Positions 18,150 to 19,932 of a DNA stretch of 19,932 nucleotides are shown here, piece by piece (the stretch's first letter is position 1; each line of letters starts with the position of its first letter). Under the pieces are notes generated by a model that saw nothing but the letters and a program-made list of their open reading frames with translations, ran no database searches and was not told the origin of the DNA. Source of the stretch: Deltaproteobacteria bacterium (GTDB taxonomy: Bacteria > Myxococcota_A > Polyangia > Polyangiales > Houyiibacteriaceae); the NCBI GenBank assembly GCA_034670305.1, contig JAXMNT010000080.1, positions 1 to 19,932 of the forward strand. Direction: 5' to 3'. Both the position numbers and the translations under genes were made by a program.

Positions 18150-19811
18150 ATGAAACACCTCACCGACAGGGTCCTGCGCACCCTCGCACTCGCGGGGCTG
18201 CTCGCGTCGTGCACGACCACCCACGACATCCAGGTGCGCATCCGTCGTCCCGCCGGGTTGACCAGCGACGCGCTCGTCCGCCTGGTCGTGGCCCCGGGCG
18301 CGACATGCACGCGTTCGGAGCCGGTGTCGTTTCGCCACCGTCAGACCTTCCTCGCCACCGAATCCGCCATGGAGATCGGATCGCTCGACCCAGGACCGAC
18401 CGCGTTCTGGGTCGCGATGCAAGACGCGACCTGCGCGACGTGTTTCCAGGACTGTGTCGTCGCAGACGTGGGCGTGGACGTCAGCGTCGTGCTCGAGCCC
18501 GAGACGGTCGCGTGCAGCGAGGTGGGATGTGCGGACGTGCCCGACGGCGGTGTCGACGCGGGGGTAGATGCCGACGTGCCGTCCGATGCGCCGGTCGATG
18601 CGCCGGTCGATGTGCCGGTCGATGCGCCGGTCGATGTTCCCACCGATGCTTCGGACGCTGGCGTTCCACCGTCCATCACCGACATCGCCTGCGGCCGCGC
18701 CCACACCTGCGCGGTGCGCGACGGCGCGGTCTACTGCTGGGGCAGCAACGACGATGGCGAGGTAGGCACCGGGAGTCCCAGCGCGGATGTGCTCCTGCCG
18801 GTCGCGGTCGACCTCGGGTCCGCCTCTCCGGCGGTGCAGATCGCGGCCGCCGAAGAACACACGTGTGCGCGTCTCGAGGATGGAACCGTGCGCTGTTGGG
18901 GCCGCAACCACGCAGGGCCTGGCGGCGGCCAGGTCAACTACCGACTCGGCGCGGACAACCCGGTCGAGCGGGTCGCCTCGCCGATCCCCGCCACGCTCAG
19001 CAACATCGTCGACCTCGGCCTCGGCTTCGGCCACTCGTGTGCGGCGGACGACACCCAGCAGGTGTTCTGCTGGGGCATCAACCTCTCGGGTGAACTCGGC
19101 GACGGGGGCAACATCTCTCCGCCGACGCCCAACCTCGTGGCTTCGGTCGCGGCCACGTCGGTCGCGGCCGGCGACGGACCGTCTTGCGCGGTCACGACGG
19201 ACACCGAGGTCTGGTGCTGGGGCTACAACCAGTTCGGCATGCTTGGCGTGCGGGACGAGGTGCCGACCCAGGGTGGGTTCCCGGCACCCGTGCTGCGGAG
19301 CGGAGGTGCCCCGCTGACCGGTGCGACCATGGTGACCTCCGGCGGCGTGGACGATTTCATGGGCGGGGTCCAGCACGCCGCACAGACCTGCGCGATCGCG
19401 GGCGGCGATGCGTACTGCTGGGGCCGGAACGAGTTCGGCCAGGCCGGCCTCGGTGGCGCATCGAGTGTGGTCGCGCGGGCCAGTCCGGTGGTCGGCGGCG
19501 GAGGCGTGGACGACTTGACGGCCGGCGGCCGCCACACCTGTCTCGTGCGCGCCCGTGAAGCGCTGTGTTTTGGGGACAACACGCAGGGCCAGCTCGGCGA
19601 TGGCACGAGCACGATGCGTCCGAGCCCAACGGCTCTTTCGATGGGGCTGGACGTCACCGCGATCGATGCCGGGGGCGAACACACGTGCGTCGTGGTCGGC
19701 GGCTCGGAGATCCGCTGTTGGGGAGACGACTCCCGCGGGCAGCTTGGTTCGGCGGATGCGTCGGGTTCGTCGAACCCCGATCCGGTCGCCGTCGTCCTGC
19801 CCGATCTCTAG
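18150..19811 (+). CDS. RCC1/BLIP-II repeat (beta-propeller) lipoprotein
   Basis: Lipobox LLASC from ATG 18150; seven repeats of the type G..HTCA...G.V.CWG.N..G.LG; PVDA linker. Confidence 0.92.
   Translation: MKHLTDRVLRTLALAGLLASCTTTHDIQVRIRRPAGLTSDALVRLVVAPGATCTRSEPVSFRHRQTFLATESAMEIGSLDPGPTAFWVAMQDATCATCFQDCVVADVGVDVSVVLEPETVACSEVGCADVPDGGVDAGVDADVPSDAPVDAPVDVPVDAPVDVPTDASDAGVPPSITDIACGRAHTCAVRDGAVYCWGSNDDGEVGTGSPSADVLLPVAVDLGSASPAVQIAAAEEHTCARLEDGTVRCWGRNHAGPGGGQVNYRLGADNPVERVASPIPATLSNIVDLGLGFGHSCAADDTQQVFCWGINLSGELGDGGNISPPTPNLVASVAATSVAAGDGPSCAVTTDTEVWCWGYNQFGMLGVRDEVPTQGGFPAPVLRSGGAPLTGATMVTSGGVDDFMGGVQHAAQTCAIAGGDAYCWGRNEFGQAGLGGASSVVARASPVVGGGGVDDLTAGGRHTCLVRAREALCFGDNTQGQLGDGTSTMRPSPTALSMGLDVTAIDAGGEHTCVVVGGSEIRCWGDDSRGQLGSADASGSSNPDPVAVVLPDL
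18585..18632 (+). repeat. In-frame 12-nt repeat x4 (DAPV/DVPV linker)
   Basis: GATGYGCCGGTC x4. Confidence 0.85.
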
Positions 19812-19932
19812 CAGGTCGCTGAAAAGCGACCTGCTCCCTTGCCGTTGCCCTTGCCCGTGCCCTTGCCCGCGTCGTGGACGCCGTGTGTTTCGCGACGGCG
19901 AGGCGCGAATCGGAGCGCGATGCCCAGCGGAC
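19808..19932. mobile_element. Right copy of the 125-bp inverted repeat (IS/MITE-like end at CTAG), cut by the window edge
   Basis: CTAG-CAGGTCGCTGAAAAGCGACCTGCT...; exact reverse complement of 1..125. The CTAG contains the TAG stop of the RCC1 gene. Confidence 0.65.

Noticed and set aside
17297-18310. N-terminal extension making a 963-aa kinase
   Set aside because: It overlaps the TPR-like gene in another frame and is Arg/Gly-rich noise; the ATGA overlap supports the start at 17296.

Overview
GC-rich bacterial DNA. The gene content (eukaryotic-like Ser/Thr kinases with PEGA or ATPase-TPR domains, MopE-like and RCC1-repeat lipoproteins) suggests a myxobacterium such as Polyangiales; this is inference. 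About 14 real CDSs are supported: a four-helix-bundle (bAvd/23S-IVS-like) protein, an EEP-family lipoprotein plus TetR, an apparently 5'-truncated LRR protein, a class II sirtuin, Lon protease, an M23 peptidase, a Cys/Asp-rich surface lipoprotein, DUF1244, a second TetR, two convergent Ser/Thr kinases, a TPR-like membrane protein and an RCC1-repeat lipoprotein. The most notable structure is non-coding. (1) The first and last 125 nt are exact reverse complements, each ending inward in a hairpin plus CTAG, like two inverted copies of an IS/MITE end. (2) The four-helix-bundle gene sits in a cassette of a purine-rich hexamer tract, a highly structured UUCG-rich leader, the gene, a hairpin and a pyrimidine-rich hexamer tract. 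(3) The same TTCGGC/GCCGAA hexamer family recurs directly behind several genes with a consistent strand bias. (4) Five genes have a TAnnnT box 6-7 nt before ATG, suggesting leaderless transcripts, and lon has a palindrome over its -10 and start. No transposase, reverse transcriptase, CRISPR array, rRNA or tRNA was recognised.
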